Shown here: one piece after another, positions 63,536-64,000 of the stretch
Numbering within the stretch: position 1 is the stretch's first letter
Layout: every line of letters starts with the position of its first letter
Origin: Candidatus Nomurabacteria bacterium
Lineage (GTDB): Bacteria; Patescibacteriota; Minisyncoccia; Phycocordibacterales; SBAW01
Direction: 5' to 3'
Assembly: GCA_943356415.1 (NCBI GenBank)
Contig: CALREW010000002.1
Location: 6,639-70,638, forward strand
Length of the DNA stretch: 64,000 bases
Notes under the pieces: generated by a model
What the model was told of the DNA's origin: nothing
What the model saw: the letters and a program-made list of their open reading frames with translations, nothing else
Database searches by the model: none
Made by a program: the position numbers and the translations under genes

Positions 63536-64000
63536 ATGGCACCGCGGAAGCGCACGAACGCTCAACTTTACGAAACGATGCGAGATGCAATCGCGTACAT
63601 GCGCGCACACGAAAAAGACCGGCCGTCACCTGCAGATGTCGCTCGCGCAGTGGGTATGAGCCCGTCACGCTTTGCACACGCGTTTTCAAAGTGGATTGGC
63701 ATATCACCAAAACGGTTTCTCTCGCACCTCACCCATGAGCGAGCAAAGGTTTTGATAGCGACGTCTTCAAACGTACTCTCTGCGTCTCACAAAACCGGTC
63801 TCTCTGGACCAGGGCGTCTCCACACACTTCTTGTTGAACATACAGGCGCTTCTCCTGGTGAATATATGCGCGGCGACATCGCCATACGCTACGGAATACA
63901 CTCATCGCCGTTTGGATATTGCGCCATTGGTATAACTGATCGCGGAATCTGTAAAATTTCTTTTCTAGAAAACGAAAGCGACGCTCGTGCACGCCAAGAA
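63536..64000 (+). CDS. AraC-type HTH fused to a methylated-DNA-protein-cysteine methyltransferase N-terminal domain (Ada/Ogt-like); 3' end beyond the window
   Basis: ATG at 63536; the frame stays open to the window end. AraC HTH (VGMSPSRFAHAFSKWIGISPKRFL) followed by IRYGIHSSPFGYCAIGITDRGICKISF. It is absent from the track because it has no stop. Confidence 0.65.
   Translation, partial: MAPRKRTNAQLYETMRDAIAYMRAHEKDRPSPADVARAVGMSPSRFAHAFSKWIGISPKRFLSHLTHERAKVLIATSSNVLSASHKTGLSGPGRLHTLLVEHTGASPGEYMRGDIAIRYGIHSSPFGYCAIGITDRGICKISFLENESDARARQE

Overview
The window is a gene-dense 64 kb chromosomal segment of about 50% GC. Most genes are bacterial housekeeping or envelope genes, and the mix looks like a Patescibacteria/CPR-type genome, possibly Saccharibacteria-like; that lineage call is inference only.

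Coding genes I can support: tsaD, a short valS, a PrsW-like protease, an Hsp20 sHSP, a glutaredoxin, an FtsB-like protein, lepA, murJ, an O-antigen-ligase/TPR membrane protein, DUF192, VOC and NUDIX enzymes, htpX, lemA, groES-groEL, a large-type purL, secG, a peptide-type ABC substrate-binding protein, RNase J, an MFS transporter, a MutY-like glycosylase, an RRM protein, an ECF sigma/anti-sigma pair next to a sortase and an LPXTG protein, typA, a DedA protein, guaA, an msrA-msrB / TlpA-like / ccdA / DUF305 cluster, an XRE regulator with a membrane partner, an FNR/TrxR-like flavoprotein, an FMN reductase, a GH18 hydrolase, GFA, an FAD-linked oxidase, an ABC-F ATPase, a HIT-like protein, Csp, and a partial Ada/Ogt-like gene at the 3' edge.

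RNA genes called by eye: tRNA-Phe(GAA), tRNA-Arg(CCT), tRNA-Gly(CCC), tRNA-Ser(GGA), and a bacterial type-A RNase P RNA (rnpB) on the minus strand at about 15.5-15.85 kb. Three tracked ORFs overlap rnpB and are spurious. Several rho-independent terminators are also listed.

Hunt highlights:
- A duplicated 20-bp palindrome, ATGTAAAG-N4-CTTTACAT, sits upstream of the XRE regulator and upstream of a Met-rich secreted peptide that heads the ccdA-tlpA-msrA-msrB-DUF305 operon. This predicts a dedicated regulon for extracytoplasmic methionine-sulfoxide repair.
- Five scattered high-GC genes (about 60-63% GC: purL, guaA, a Cys-rich secreted protein, an asparaginase-like half-size protein, and an FNR-like flavoprotein) are likely horizontally acquired.
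- The purL 5' UTR carries a strong intrinsic terminator, which suggests an attenuator or riboswitch.
- A family of 40-75 bp intergenic palindromic repeats is built on TAGCCACTAG / CTAGTGGCTA cores, with at least five copies.
- tRNA-Phe and tRNA-Gly share a conserved 3' trailer of about 35 nt, and the tRNA-Gly leader is structured.
- A secreted protein carries seven Cys-containing repeats.
- Several proteins have low-complexity tails or fusions: Lys-rich on GroES, Arg/Gly-rich on RNase J, and a DUF1761-cytochrome b5 fusion.

No CRISPR array, integrase, transposase or recognisable defense system was seen. Coordinates for the RNA and regulatory elements are by-eye estimates, good to a few nucleotides.
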